A stretch of DNA of 64,000 nucleotides from positions 576,696-640,695 of the forward strand of contig CAWBPL010000002.1 in the NCBI GenBank assembly GCA_963790805.1, given 5' to 3'. The notes below the pieces were generated by a model. It worked only from the letters and a program-made list of their open reading frames with translations, was not told where the DNA came from and did no database searches. The stretch is from Candidatus Gottesmanbacteria bacterium (GTDB taxonomy: Bacteria > Patescibacteriota > Microgenomatia > UBA10105 > UBA927). The position numbers and the translations under genes are program-made. Below are positions 41,701 to 56,700 of the stretch, in pieces; the stretch's first letter is position 1, and each line of letters opens with the position of its first letter.

Positions 41701-44700
41701 TGATGTGAAAAAAGCATACGTCCGTATCGCCAAAGCAAGTATAGCGCTCGGTGACACGGATGCAGTAACCCGTGCGAAACTTGCGGTGTTGTTTTTTAAT
41801 GATATAGATCTTCTTACGGCCATAAATACAGCCGCAAAGAAACCGCTTTACGCCGTCGAGCGGGTAGCACTTCTTCCTGCGGCGCTTGATTCCATCATGA
41901 CGGCTGCCCGGGCGACTCCCTCTGGTCCTGCCTCCATAACCGCTCCGGCAACTATTCAATTGCGTGGCAGTACGTATAACAAAGGATCGGCTATTCATGA
42001 TGCCACCACGCTTGCGTATTCATTGTTGACTGCACTGAATCTGAATAGTGCGCCGGCAACCCTTCAGGTCGATCATTTCCAGACTGTTGGCGCAGCGCTT
42101 ACTCTTGATTCATTCTTATCCCACACAGAGCCGTTTACCGCCGGAGAGATTCAGCAAAATATAGCCTTTAAGGCGGTTATTGAAGAATACGGTGCCGGAG
42201 ACGTTGCGCGCTTCAGTGCGCCGGACCGGCAGAATGAGTTTATCGTCATGGTTACGGCGCGGGACGCAAGCGGAAATGCAACGGCGTGGCAGGTCTATAT
42301 AAAATCTTCAACGCCGAGCGGCGGAGGTACTGGCGCAGGGGTGGGTGGGGGAACTACCGGCGGGGGTACAGGAAAGAGCGCACCCGCGGCGAAGAAAGCT
42401 CCGGCAAAACCCGCTGCCCCGAAAGCCAAACCCGCCCAGCCGGTTATTTCATCCGGCGGCAGGATGACGGCGCTGGGCGTTGGGATGATATTGGTGAATC
42501 GGGATGACGGAACGCAGTATTTGGTAACAGATACCGATTCACAAAATACTCATTTGCAAAATACTGAAGTCGGAAAACCCACGACATTTAATACCGCCTC
42601 GCTTCTAACATCTTTGAACACAGAGGGCGGCACGTGGTTTGTCGAGCAACCCATAGCGAGTAAATTCATAACAAGTCCAGCGAAGAAGGCGTCGTTGAAT
42701 GAGTTGCGAACATTAACAGATAGTATGATATCTTTTGGATTAGAAAGTAATAGTGGATTAAAACCATTCACCGCAACGCTTGCAAAGGCTCAAAAAACAG
42801 GCGCGACTGAAGGAGAAGTTCAGGTAAAACTGCAGGCGCTCCGTCAAAAATTGATATCCAAGAGAAACAGCATTCTGAACGGATTGACTCCCAACACGCT
42901 GAAAAGTCCGCGAGCGAAAAAGCTCTACCAAACATTCCTGTTTGCGCTTATTTCCCAACAGCCGGCGCTGGGTACGCTCCTCGGGATTGATGACTCGCTT
43001 CCTGATATCGTGTCGTTGTTGCCGAAGATCAAAGCGCTATCCGGTGACGCGGCTTTGATGGCGCAGGCGGCGCAAACAGTGATCAGCGCTCATCCCAATG
43101 AAGTTTCCCAGTGGATAGACTTATGGAAAAAAGAAGTAGATACGCTTCAAAATCCTCCGGCCGCCAAGCCCGCGGCGCCGCAATTACCGCTTAAACCCAC
43201 AATGAGTTTAACGGATTTTGAAGCCGCGATGACCAAGCGGATAGACGCGTTGGCTCTTCAGTATGCCGATAGTGAAACAGGAAAACCGGTTTCAGGAGCA
43301 GAGCTTAAAACGTGGTTTTCATCCAACGTATTTCAAAGTCGCGGGAGCACTCTGGGAACGGAATTTGATGCGCAATTTGGGGCTGATACGCCGAAGAAGA
43401 CGAAACAATCAAATCTCTATCAAAGCCGGTTTGTTGACGCAGTCGTGAAGTATCGGCAGATACCGGTAGACCAACAGAAAGCGTTAGACATGAGACAGGC
43501 GCTTAATACAATGATTCAGGGTCTTGAAACTACTGTGCCCGATGCAAAGAAATATTCCTCTACGGGAGTAAAAACGTCAGCCTATCAACTGACCGCCATT
43601 CTGCAGTATGTGAATGCGATTGTCGGAAATGCGACGCTTCGTAGCACACAATTGCTCTTTCATGATGACGTTATTAATCCCAATAGCGCCCTCTCTAATG
43701 ATACGAAAGCAGAGCTTCGGGGTCTTAACATGATCCAGACGATTCAGGATATGTCGGTGTTAATCAATAAAAAGACAATTACGCAGAAACGGAGCCAAAA
43801 GGCAATCGTTGATCTGGATATCGGCAGCCATACCGGAAATTCTGGTTTAGATGTATTTTCAGAATTTCTCAGTGTGCCGGTACCGTTTATTAATTCAAAT
43901 GACACTGATGTTCAGAATGTCGTAAATTTCTGGAATAAAAGAGCGGCGTTTATTCAGAGTCTTCAACAGGCAAGTAATGCGATTGGCCGTGATGTTGCCG
44001 CTTCCAAGGCAGATCTTGCCGCCAAACGGCGCAGTGTGGCGGGCAATCAAACGGCGCGGGCAAACAGAGCCGTCTTTCCCTTCCTGACCAGTTTGGACAT
44101 GGAGACTCCGAATCCGACAGCTTTTGCAACTCAGGCAGTCAGGGATTTTGATATACATAATTCCCCGTGGGCATATCTTTTGACGGAAGCCGAGCGGCTG
44201 GCGGAATACCAAAAGGCGGCGCCTATCGTTGCCCAGATTATTGCGGTCAGAACAACCGGTATCGGGGACGTCGGGGCTCTCAATCAACTGCTGTTTGGAA
44301 CGCTCGCGAATTCACCGGTGAAAGGATATTATGTGCACGCGATTCTGGATCCCGAGCATTACCATCTGGATGTGAATGGTGACGGAACGCTGACGACGGC
44401 GACCGAGGAGGATTTGCTGCGCTGGCTGGCGCTTCAGGATAGCCTGTATGACGTTGTGAATGAAGCAAAGCAGCGCGTGTCCGCATTTTTTACCTCTCAC
44501 GGTTTAACAGTTCCACAGGAAGAATTTGATCCTTCGAATCTTTCATTTTCAGTCGGCGATGATGCGGTGTTTGATGAGCAATTCATACATGATCATCCCG
44601 AAGAAGTTTCTGCAATGTATAGCGAAAACACCGGCGCCAAAATATTCCGCCAGAGTCTGGTCGCGGCCGCAAGAACTGATCCGCAGGCTTGGGAATATCT

Positions 44701-47700
44701 TATCGACGACTACGTCCATGAATTGGTGCATAGTTCATTGATGCGCAATTACGCTCCGTGGCTGACTGAACAGGCCAATGAGGGTATGGCAATTCTTCTC
44801 ACTGTCGCGCGCCGCGCTGATGATCTGTGGACGCAGGGGAAGCATGACGATGGACAGAACGGTTCCGTCTGGCAACAGGCCGAGCGGGAAGTTTTGGGAT
44901 TACCCGATTCCGATTCGCCGTATCCTGAGACAGTCGTATCTTCTTATATCAACGCATACTTTGCCTTACGATCGAGCACGTTTGGTATGCTTTTTAATAA
45001 CTCTTGGAGTACCTCCGACCGGATTAATGCAGTTATTACGTTTTTTAATGCCACAGACCAGTACCGACCGGATCAGATGGGTGCAGAAGCGGTCAGAACC
45101 GCTCTTCAAAATGCATTTATGACAGGGCTGACGTCGCATGGATTGGTGCTCGCTGAAAATGTTGCGAATACCTATTTCCACGGCGATCAGTTTGCGCAGG
45201 ACACCCCCGATACCGACACGATGTTCCGGCCTGATCGCGCCTCAACTCAAACACCGTTGCCCTATAGACAGGCTTCATCCGTCGCAGGACCTGCGACGCA
45301 GGAAATAGTGACACAGTTTCCCGGTACGAGCGGTTCGCTGAATTGGGATCAGGTCTCATTTGCCGGCGGGCAGACGAGTGTTGCACTGCGGGCGAAAACA
45401 AACATATCCGGAGATAACCGTATGCGTATGCTTGCCGCGTCAAAGATCATCTATGACGCTATGGATCAGGCGTTTGCTTCAAAAGACTGGGAAGGATTTC
45501 CGCTGACCGGTTTGGAGCATTCTCTTCTTGATGTATTTAATTCTCAGGTAGCTCCCGGTATTTTGGCGAATCTGAACGTGAGCTCAGTTACTGATTTGTT
45601 GAACAAGTATGAAATCACCGTTACGCGGCAGATGCAAACCGGCGGGAATTCCATGCAGGAAGTGGTGATTTCGTCCGTACCGACGGCGGCATATGTTGCA
45701 CGCGGCGGCACGCTGACACCGCTTCCGACAAATGCTGATATTACCCAGTGGAAAGCAAAAGTGTATGATGTGCCGTCTGACGGATGGCTCATTGTAAATA
45801 ACGTTGTACCCGCGACGACTCCTTCTGATGCCGATCAACTAGCTCGGGCGCTTAATAGTGTCGAATCGCCGCAGGATGCCGCACGTATCGTATATCCGAT
45901 GATGGAGGAGTGGTCGCCGCTGGTAACGTCATTTTTCTCAGTCGCAAGGGCGCCAGCAGCAACAGCACCAGCACCCGTCGCATCAAGCGCACCAAGTGCG
46001 TTTAGGATCGGAAATAATACGCCGGTTCGCGGAGGGAATCAATCGACGTTAGGGAGTATTTCTCCGGCCCACGCCATTCAGACAAATCACGCAACGCTTA
46101 CCATACGTGACGGCAGCCTGTTTATTACTCAAACAGGTGTATATGGCGTGTGGGTAAACGGCAAGCCGGTTGTCCCGAATGAACAGACCCCGATTGCGGT
46201 TGGCGATGAGCTGACCTTCGGCGAAGATCCGCAAACCGAAACAAACCCGCGAACCTATCGGGTTGCGATGGGGGGAGATCAAACCATTATTTTAGCATCT
46301 CAAAGTGATACGTACTACATACCGACAGCGCTGCCGATCCCTGATGAAGCGCGGTTTAATGACGGCCTTTTCAAAGGAGTCGGCTCTATTCAAAATCCGT
46401 CTGACTGGGCGAGATTTGTCTGGCTTATGCTTTCTGCAAATGGCGAAGCGGGATCTTCCGTGACACTTCAGGGAACCACCATCGGCGGAAATACATTTGC
46501 CGTGACGTATCCTGCCAGTCAACTTATCGAAAAAGCTGCAGAAATCGCCCAGACGTTTCAGCGGGGTACGGAGATTGAAATAGACGGTCCCCAAGGGCGC
46601 CTGGGCGTTATGACCATATCAGCCGGTGGCATGGTTGACATGAGCCTTGATGACGCGGCGTCGCGGCTGGGGCCGGCAAAGATGAGTATCAGCGATTTTG
46701 TTTTGAATGCAGAAGCTCCTGCCGAGGTTCATGCGATGCGCAAAACTCCATCCGCTCAGCTGCCGAAAAATACGGTTCAATCCACTCCGGCAGTAAATCC
46801 GCAAGGTGAACCGCTGTTTCGCCGGATCATAAACGCGATAAAACAGGGTAGTTGGTTCGCGCGGAAAAAGACAAGTATCACTATCGGAAGATTACAAGTG
46901 GATCCGACGAATGGATATGTTTCCGCCAAACACATCCGCTTAAATATCCAAAATAATCGTTTGTACATAACTGATTTATCGACGAACGGAACTGTCATTG
47001 AAGGAAAAAAGCGGTTAAGTACTCAAACGGGACCGGTTCCATTGGTATTGGGAGATGTTTTGGATTTATCAAATAAGGGTCAGGCGTCGAGACTGCGCGT
47101 TGATCAGTTGCCAAATGGCGAAGTACTGCTTATTAATTTAGCGACAAAATATGTCATATCAACCGGTTTAATTCTTCCTCCCATCCGGCAACAGGCCGAC
47201 GGTTCATTTATTGTGAGGACGTACGAACAAATGGGCAAAGCAGGTGATATTACGCTAGGGAGCGGTGCACCGGATACCCTGTCAAGGCTGCAGGCACAGT
47301 TTACTCGGGATGATGATGGAGCCTTGGCCATTGAAGATTTAAATTCCTCCAATGGTACATTTGTAAACGGAAAACAGATAGGGACCCGGCAGAAAATACG
47401 AAGCGGTGACACCATACGGTTTGGCGATGATCCGGATGAAAATATTTTTGAGGTTGTCGCGACTGACAATCAGTCAGGCTACGTGACGCTTCGGCCCGTC
47501 GGAGATTCCACCATTGCCGCGACAGGCAAAATTCAGGATCATTATATGTTTGAGTTGGCGATTTTACATAACCAGACAATCGGTACCAAAGGGGATGTAC
47601 ATATCGGATATGAGAAATATGTTGCACCGGTACAGGCAAAAATAACAATACAGGGCGATAACGCATTTATTGATAACGGATCATCCCAGACTCCGACATC

Positions 47701-50700
47701 GGTAAATGGTTTGGCATTTAACCGGCGACAGTTGGCTGCCGGTGACGTGGTGAATCTGGGAGGGAACGATGTAACAATACGTTTTCTCAGGGTTCAAAAC
47801 GGGGCGGCAATTTTTACCGACTCTTCAGGGTACGTATCAAATTCCAATCCGCAGGCTGAGGGGCGAAACATCCTTTCCTATAGCGAGTCTGATATTGCAC
47901 GTCGCCGGAAAGAGGGTTTAAGTGAGCAGGAGGCAGAGGATGCCCTCCGGTATGGTCTCAATTTGAGTACAGCCAGTATCACGCGCGCTGAGGAACTGGC
48001 AAAATATTTGAAAGACCGCATGGAGGAAGGTTTGTCGACCTCTGAGAAGGCTGCTCTGACGAGCCGGTTGAATTTGCCGCTCCTTCTGCGATCGCGTTCA
48101 AACGGCATTGACAGCCTTACCAGTCCTGAATTGCTCTATATAGCCGGACGAATGGTGAAACACGAAGTGGATATAGAACGTTTAACCGGTAAAACGACTC
48201 AGGAAATTATGGATGCGGCGATGAATATTGTTGAGAAACGCAACAGCGTAGCCAGTACGGTGGGCGTTGATTTGCCCGATGATTATGAAGTAGGGAATCT
48301 GGTGGGGCTGGGGACGCGTATAGCTTCAGGGAAAAAGGATACATGGTGGGGTTTGCAGGTCGGGTCAGGAGATGAATATTATCTTGCGATTGATAAAATA
48401 GCAGATTCAAAAGATCCGTTTGCAACAGCGGTTGAAATACTGGTGCACGAATGGGGTCACAGGGATCAGGCTCCGATAAATAAATCACCCAAGGGTGCGC
48501 CAACATATGATGAAGCAGGAACGCAGGCGATGCTTCTTATGGTGAAAGCGCGTATAAATCAACAGACAATGGCATTTAATTCCTATGCCGATGCTCCGGC
48601 AAACGCGTATCTGGATCTTGTAACCGAGCTGTCAGGTCTTATTCAAAGTCAGGGTAAAGACGGTCATCTGGCACTGCAGGCGGGTATCATCTCGGCGATT
48701 ACCGGACGATTTGACGGGAACATCCAATGGGAGGGACATACGTACACCGGTATACGTGCCCTCTATGACAGCTATTTTGGTGCGGGGTCGTTTGATCTTG
48801 CGATGAAGGGGAAAACGGATGCCGATCTGTATACGAAAAAGCCCGGATTGGCAACGGCTGCATATAGCCAAAATGTTCCTGTAGGAACGGTAGAACAGGT
48901 ACCCGTGAATCCGCTGGAAGCTGTTGGCATGAGCTGGATGCAACGATTCGGGAGCTGGTTTAAGATGAAGTTTTTAAACAGTTGCGGAATTGGCTTTCAC
49001 TTCCTCCCGCAGGTATTTGCCGCCGGATCGTGTACGCCAAATACTCAAAAAGCAGCACACGCTGTTGATGAGGTAACGCAAACGGCAGGGGAAACGCCGA
49101 ACCGGTATTGGTGGAACAGAATCTTGGGCAGATTCTTCGGGTATTGGGTGGCTACTGCTGAAAATTCACCAGCCCAGACAGCGCAAAATACAGCTGGCTC
49201 CACTGCGCTGGTAAATAATGCAGCTACTGTCGAATCCATTTCCCGTGACGATATCAACAATTTACTCGATCATTTTAATGATACAAACTATGTTGAAGCT
49301 CACACGGCATTGTGGACCCCGTCGGTTCAAGCAAATGTAGTTCAACTTTATCAGACGAACCCTGATGCTCTGAAATTTGCACTCACATACTATAAAGATT
49401 CTGTCGAGCTTCGTGTTGGTAATTCTGTTTTGGTAAAAAATATAGAGGACCTTGCCAACACATATACGCAACATACGGAAGTGATTCGCGAGATGGTCAA
49501 TTCCGGAGCCGGTTATTCACCGTTGATTTTAAACTGGTATTTGAATCAGACTGCTCAGGAAACAGGATTTGATTCTGAACGGTTTTTTGCATTCTTACAT
49601 GTATTAGGACCAAGGGCTCATATCATTAAAGTAAGTCAGGATCAAACAGAATCATCCGTTTGGCCTACTGCACAAAACGAAGATATTTCCTTATTTTCGA
49701 AATTGTGGACATTGTATCTTCAAAATCCGGTTGAAGTAGAAACGCTATTAAACTTATCGCCGACCGAGTTTTATGTCAAACGATCAAACATGCCGAACAT
49801 TGATATAGTTCCCGGTCAGTATTACAGCGCAAACTGGTTATTTGAGTATCTCGCGACTGATTTATCCAACGTCCCATGGAGCTTTGTGCAAGATCACATG
49901 AATTCTGGAGAAAATATAACATATCGAGATTTGGTTCGTTTAAACAAGATATACGCCAATAAAGATGATAGTTATCTTCTGGTTCAGGATGGCATTGCCG
50001 CGGGAATGCATGTATCTGCCGTTGCGGCACTTCCGAATGTTGTGGGCGGCGACCCGTATAATGGGGATAATTTTTCCGTAAAATTTGGGCCGGTTTTAAC
50101 GGATCAAATCAGTAATTTTCTAAATAATGCAGACGCATGGAATCGTTCTGATTTTTTGACCATTTTTCGGGATCCGAATTCGTACAAACTCGTCCATAAT
50201 CCAGTGGAGTCAGATCAGTGGCGTCGGATGGCGACATTGCCTACAGATGACGATGTGCTTTTTGCTGCGGCATATCCACGTCTGTACTTTCTAAAAGATT
50301 ATGAGGCGGATTTAATTGCAAAATATGGTGAAGATGGACCCATAATAAATATCCTTCAGGTGTTAGAAGAAGATCCGTCGCTCCGTTTGGATACGCATCC
50401 CGCATGGAAACTTCGCGCATTATCATACATGGATGCCTATGGCAATGAACTATCAGGAAAAGCACTCACTTTTTACAAAATGCTGCGGAAAGCCGAATTG
50501 CCACTTAGCATGTGGCCGGTATTTATCGCATACAGAAACGAGTTGTCTCAGGTGCCAATCAATTCAAAGAAGGATGCGCTCTCAGCACTTCTGCACGTCT
50601 GGGATTCGAGTGAATCCATTAAAAGATTAAAAGAATTGAACTTTACCCCGCCATGGAACGGTTTCGGAGACGATTTAACCATACAGGTAGAGACGCTCAG

Positions 50701-53700
50701 TCAGAGCGACCAAATAGCAATTGTTCGGGATACCGGTATAACCAAATATGTTCGATCTCAAGTATTTAACGATACACTATCCAAAATAGATAGTGATGAA
50801 ATGTTACAGTTCGCGAGAGATAGTATAGACTCCCGCGATGTGCCGGTGATTTTCGTGAGTTTTCAGTATTTAGCCCGAAGAAATCCGGAAGAAGCGGCAA
50901 CAAAATTATTCTCATATCTTGAAGAAAGCGACAGCAGAGTTTCCTCTGATTTAATAGGCACATTATCCAATACTATTAAGGGTAAACCTGCGATCGATTT
51001 CGGACTCAACGTATTTAACTCCAAAGTACTGAGGGCAAAAAATAGTCCCTATTACACTTCTGCAGTGCTCTTTTTAGAGAACAATCTTTCACTTCTGACG
51101 ACGCAAAAGCTTGAGGATATCATCCCCGAGGTCGTCTCGATACAAGATAACGGACAGATACCATTAATAAATCTTGCCGCAGCCATATTGAAAAAGGCTT
51201 CCGAAGGTGATGCGGATGGAAAACGGTTAGCTCCCATAGCCCGAAAGATTCTGCTTACTCGCATGGTTGTGGATAATGACGCGGTGCAAAAGAGGGCGGC
51301 AACGGAGATCATTAATTATCTCGTTGACGGAAAGCTGTTTTCTTCCGATGAAATTCAGGCAGTCTCTTGGTATTACAGAAGAACGACCGCAAATGACAAT
51401 AAGATTAGTTTGCTTATTGCATTATTTAATCACTACGGTCTATCCAATAATGAAGGTGTAAATGAACTGTTTAGCAGTATTTTGCCGCAGCAGGTTATCG
51501 GCGTAATACGTACAGATAGAGAATTTGTTAATACTCAAACTGAATTATTTTTTGATTCCGTAGTTTCCCACCCTGAAGACATACCTGATCTTGTTGCTTT
51601 ATCAGAGAGTTATAAAAAGGGGATATATGGGAAAGACAAAGATTGGTTGAGCGGGTACACACCCACACTGTTAAATCGAATTATCAATCAACGCGCATAT
51701 GCATACCGCAGTGCTATAGAACAGGCATTGACAAGCCCTGTTGTAAAACGATTCGGATCCCAGTCATCGGAGAATGCGGGAATGGTAGTAAATTTTGTTG
51801 TACAGGCAATAGAACGACCGATCTACTATCCATATGGTATAACTGCAACGAGAGAAGCCTTACCCTCTGTGCCTCAGGGAAGGTTCGGACCGATAAACGA
51901 GCGCATACTGCTGCTCAACATACTGCAATCGTATCCGGCAATTGCTACACATAAACGTTTTGATCTCTACTATGAAATAGCCAAGAGCAGGGGAGTATTT
52001 CATGGAAATGAAAACGATGTATCCAGCTTTGCAGATCTCACGAAAGAAATAAATGGTAAATTTAATCAATTTTTTACGAAAATTACCCATGGTCAGGTGT
52101 TAACCAGCGAAGAATATCAGTATTATGATTATTTTCTTTCGACAATTGACGAAAACTACCTTGATAATAGCGGATCCTTTACAGAATTAGCAAACGAATA
52201 CGGTTTACCGTCAAATACAGCTGGAAACAGGGCAGATATTTTGCAAAAAGTCGATGCACAGTTACAATCCATTCCCGTAAAAGAAACCGATTATACGTTT
52301 AATTTTCAAGCCGAAGACATAAGCGTAAGCCTGTCCGATAAGGTCAAAAAACAATTTTTGAGTTTGGTGAACGGGATATTGGCATATAACGGTGGAGACA
52401 GAACAGAGTCAATCCGCCAGAAGTTGGCAGCTGTCGATTGGACGCAAGTGGGCAAAGTTAACAGTGGTGACGCGCAGCAAAGTCAGACAGCTAAGGCGTA
52501 TCTGGTGCAAACCTTACAGGTGCCGCAGAGTATGGTGACAAGCAATCTGCCTGCGGACCAAAAAGTAACAGCCATACAAAATTATATCGCGAGATCTCTT
52601 CTTGATGATCAGGATATATTATTTATTATCAGGCAATCCTTCACTATACCTATTCCCGTCGATGTTTTTGACCGCTATAAAGACGGATTATTGACGAACG
52701 ATGAAACGTCAACATTTCTGGAGCAAATGTTACAGGCGGATACGTATGTGGATGATGGATTGAGTCAATTGGGATTGCCTGCCGAAGTCGGAGTAGCAGT
52801 AAAACGTTCAACTACGTGGTTACCGCTGGTTGCGCTTCGTAATCAGATGACGAATCAAGGACTACTAGCTCAACAGCGAGCCGAGCGAAAAAATCACAAA
52901 ATTGAGCTTGTTTTCCAGAAGAAAAACCTGCTGGACGTATGGCAGGGGAAATGTTCGGGCACATGTTTCGGAGATAAGCCCGTGTGGCTGGCGAGAAAAA
53001 ATAACCTCTTCACGATGAGGATACTGGAAGATGGCGAACTGGTGGGGAATTTATTATTTGTTGTGCAGGGGAACCGCATGATCCTCATCGGTTTTGACCC
53101 CAACGAAGCGTTTACCAAGAAGCTTACGCTGGAAAAGAAACAGGAATTTGTTGATTTAGTCATGAATCATGTTTGGGCTACGGCGCAAACAAACGGCTGG
53201 GATCTGGTTCTTGCTGAGCCCACGCAGGTCGGCGGGTTATCCAATAAAAGTGATCTGAACAATTATCTGATTAATACCTATGTGAACAGCGAGATTTCGG
53301 AAACGGTGAATGCAGAAGGGCCTTTCCATCCCGTGCACGGATATACGTTAACAACGGTTCACCCGATTATGCCAAACATGGTAACTCGTATGGAGCAGGT
53401 ATATGCGCAGGAATTTGCTCCAAAACCTGCGATAACACAGGAAAATGTTCAACCGTCGGTGAGTATAGAACTGGCGACTCCTGCGATGTGGAATTCTATA
53501 CGAAATGATGTTGTGCGGGTGGAAAATGTGACGTTTCCCGGACAGGCATTCGATGAGGGATTATTACAAGATGAGTTTACTAATCCCGATAGTATAGTGA
53601 TTATCGCCCGAAACAGTTCCGGCAACGTGATCGGGTATTTATATGCAGAGACAACCAATCAGGCGAACACGATGTATATTCCCAATCTGGCTTTGGATCC

Positions 53701-56700
53701 TGATTATCGGGGCGGAAATACGTTTGCGTCGATGACGCTTCGTCTCATTCGGGAATTGCGAAGAAGAGGTGTTGAATTCGTTGAGACAGATGCTGCTGCG
53801 TACAATGGGCTCGCGGACACTATGGAATTCATGGTGGGTCCCTATATTATTGAAAAATATGACCACGACAGTGAATGGGGTCCCCAGCGGTTTTTCCGGA
53901 TAAGAGTAACGAAGTTTACCCAAGCAGAACTTGCTGCACGGCAGCTTATTAACGATCAGACGAATTGTCCTCCCGCTGAACAGGCTTTGATTCCCTTTGT
54001 AAGTCATGTATATGCTCAGGATGGTCAGGTGCTCGGCGCTGCGAGCAAATGTGCGGTTTGGGCAAAAACGATTGGAGCAAAGGGGCGGGAATTGGCAAAT
54101 AAATATCTCTGGTGGATGCCAAACAGAATATTTTTAAATAATGTGCCAATTACGGCACCTAATACCGTGCAAACTCAGGCGCAATCCGCTCTCCAAACCC
54201 AAATCCAAACGCTCCAGACGGCAGTATTAACAAATCCAAACGGAGAAATTAATCGTGTTAATTTTGCGTCTTCAGATGCGCCTCAAGCAGTTCGGCAGAT
54301 TGTTGAGGATCAGTATGGACGTATGACTGACGCAGAACGCGGCCCGCCTGAGCAAAAAGAAACCGTTATTTCCTCCGTCGTTTCCAATATCCTCGGCGAA
54401 CACATACAGGCAAATACATTGCAAAGTGCTCAATCATCCGTTACAAAATCAAAGGCAAATAAAGAGTATCAAGTTCCACAAAACCTACAGGATCGTAATT
54501 TTATTGCGGTCACGTTAGGAATGGTATTATATGGCCTTGGTGAAGCATTAAGTTGGATACGCGGTCCAGTATATAAGGGATATATTCAGGTGGTAACGAA
54601 TAAGTTGCCAATACTCTCCCATTTAAATTTTTACTTTTTACGCCAAAATTTGGGTTGGTTGGGTACTGGGTTAGTGACCGGTGCAGCTCTGGTCGTTCTT
54701 TTAGATGCGATGCGGGTTGATTGGATAAAAAAACGTTGGGTATTGTTGGTTTCGTTAGTGCCCATAACAGGTCTATTTTTCCTTCAAAAGCTGTTTATTC
54801 TTTATACAAAACGAAGCTTTACCAACATATATGATAAGGGGGATTTTGTCACATTCGTCGTTGGCTCCGGTGTTCCGTTTCTTGCGGAATGGATATTTGG
54901 TTTGGTGAAACCAACTGGTTGGACGCTGTGGGGAAATATTATGAAGCCCGCATGGCGAGGGGCGGTGTCTTGGAGCCACACAGTGAGGAATATACGGATT
55001 TCAAATATCATAGACGGCGCAAGAAGATACGTTCAATTCCTGCAATTAAGCAGAGTCTCACTCAGCCCCTCGGAAATTATTACACTACTTAATAATCCGT
55101 CTTTTGTTAAGCCTGCGGATATAATTGGCCTTTCATATAGTATTCGGGACCCCGCCGGCGCAATCATTCATACTGGTTCAATCAATAACAACAACTTTAT
55201 TACTCTTCCCGCGACTGACGATTACAGTCTTACCATTAATGATGTGACCGTCGTTGGTAGCGATATTCTTGCAAAGCATCCGGAGTTTCAGACATGGACA
55301 GGACTCGAAAAAGCGCTTCTTCAAGGAATATTTTATACGTCGATCGCTGCATTTGTCTTGGGAACAATTACTGAATTTTGGAATGTTCAGGATGCACTAC
55401 ATGGCACTCATACATCAATCTATTGGCTTATCAGACAAGTGTTTGGGAGAAATGTTGCCGTCATGGTTGCGGGTCAATTTAGAGATCTTGGCTCATATAT
55501 CGGTGCCTTTTCAGGCTCTTTTCTCATATTTGAAAAAGATGTGAGAAAAAGAGGAATACAACTGTCGATGTTTGTAATGAGTCTTGTGCCGTTTATTTCC
55601 GTTTGGTTAACGTTTGTTAAAAGCAATGGAGGAATAATAGATAGGAATGACTTGTTAGTTTATAGCATTATGCCGGTTGCAATGTGTATTTATGGAATAC
55701 CAAAGCTTATAAAATATATTAAAACCCATCCAATAACAAAATCAATACAGCCGGTTGCACCGAGCGTTGAATCGGATAGCAGTACGTTTTTGCCGTTAGT
55801 TTTTGCAGGAGTTTTTGGTAGTCTGGGCATTGCAGGAGCTGTGTGGTTCAGCAAGTTGATTCAAAATAATCATATTTCAAATGTAGCGTATGTTGTGCCC
55901 GCTGGTGTATTGTTTCCTCTTTTTGGTGCCATTTTCAACATAATGAGGGAGTATTTTACGTTACCAAAACTTAAATTATATTACCAAGCTATATCTCGAT
56001 CGGTCGCCAGAGCAGTGAGTATAGTACAATCGTTGCTTCCGATTCTTATTGTCGGCTTGATTGCCGGATCGCAATTTTTCTATCGTTCGTCAGTATCGGT
56101 GCCCACTTCCCAAAATTTGGAAAGTACTGTCAATTCAAGCTCGGTAACTCAGACCACAGAGAATACTAATCCTTGTGGCGGGGGATTGGGTCTTATTCCC
56201 TCCGTCTTTGCGCAGGGATTTGGTGTACCTACGTGTGTTATTTTGCGGGCCGGACAAACATATAAAGTAACATCGGGTACAGGAGTTACCCGATCCATCA
56301 CCGTTCCGCGTATCGGGTGGTACAGGGTAAACGGCAAGTTTGCCGGCATATTCGTGAACCGGATTATCTATCCTCTGGGGGCTAACGTGGAGATCCATCC
56401 GCTCCTTAGCCGTCAGGCGATTCCTATTGCTGCATTGGATCAAATTCCATCGGCGGTTACCACTCAAACGGCGCGATCAAACCCGTTGGGTGGCTTTTTC
56501 ACCTTTGGCTGGCTTTCGGGTGGACTGGGTCAGGGGAATAAAACACCGGTAACCTCGCGGCCGCAGGCTGGCGTGGGAGTAAGTAATGCAACGCCGTTAG
56601 TCCATTTCCCTGCTATGCATATGCCTGCGGTTCATCTGCCGAAAGTGAATACAAATGTCTTTTTCGGATGGATTCAGAGCCATATGCCGAAATTTTCTCC

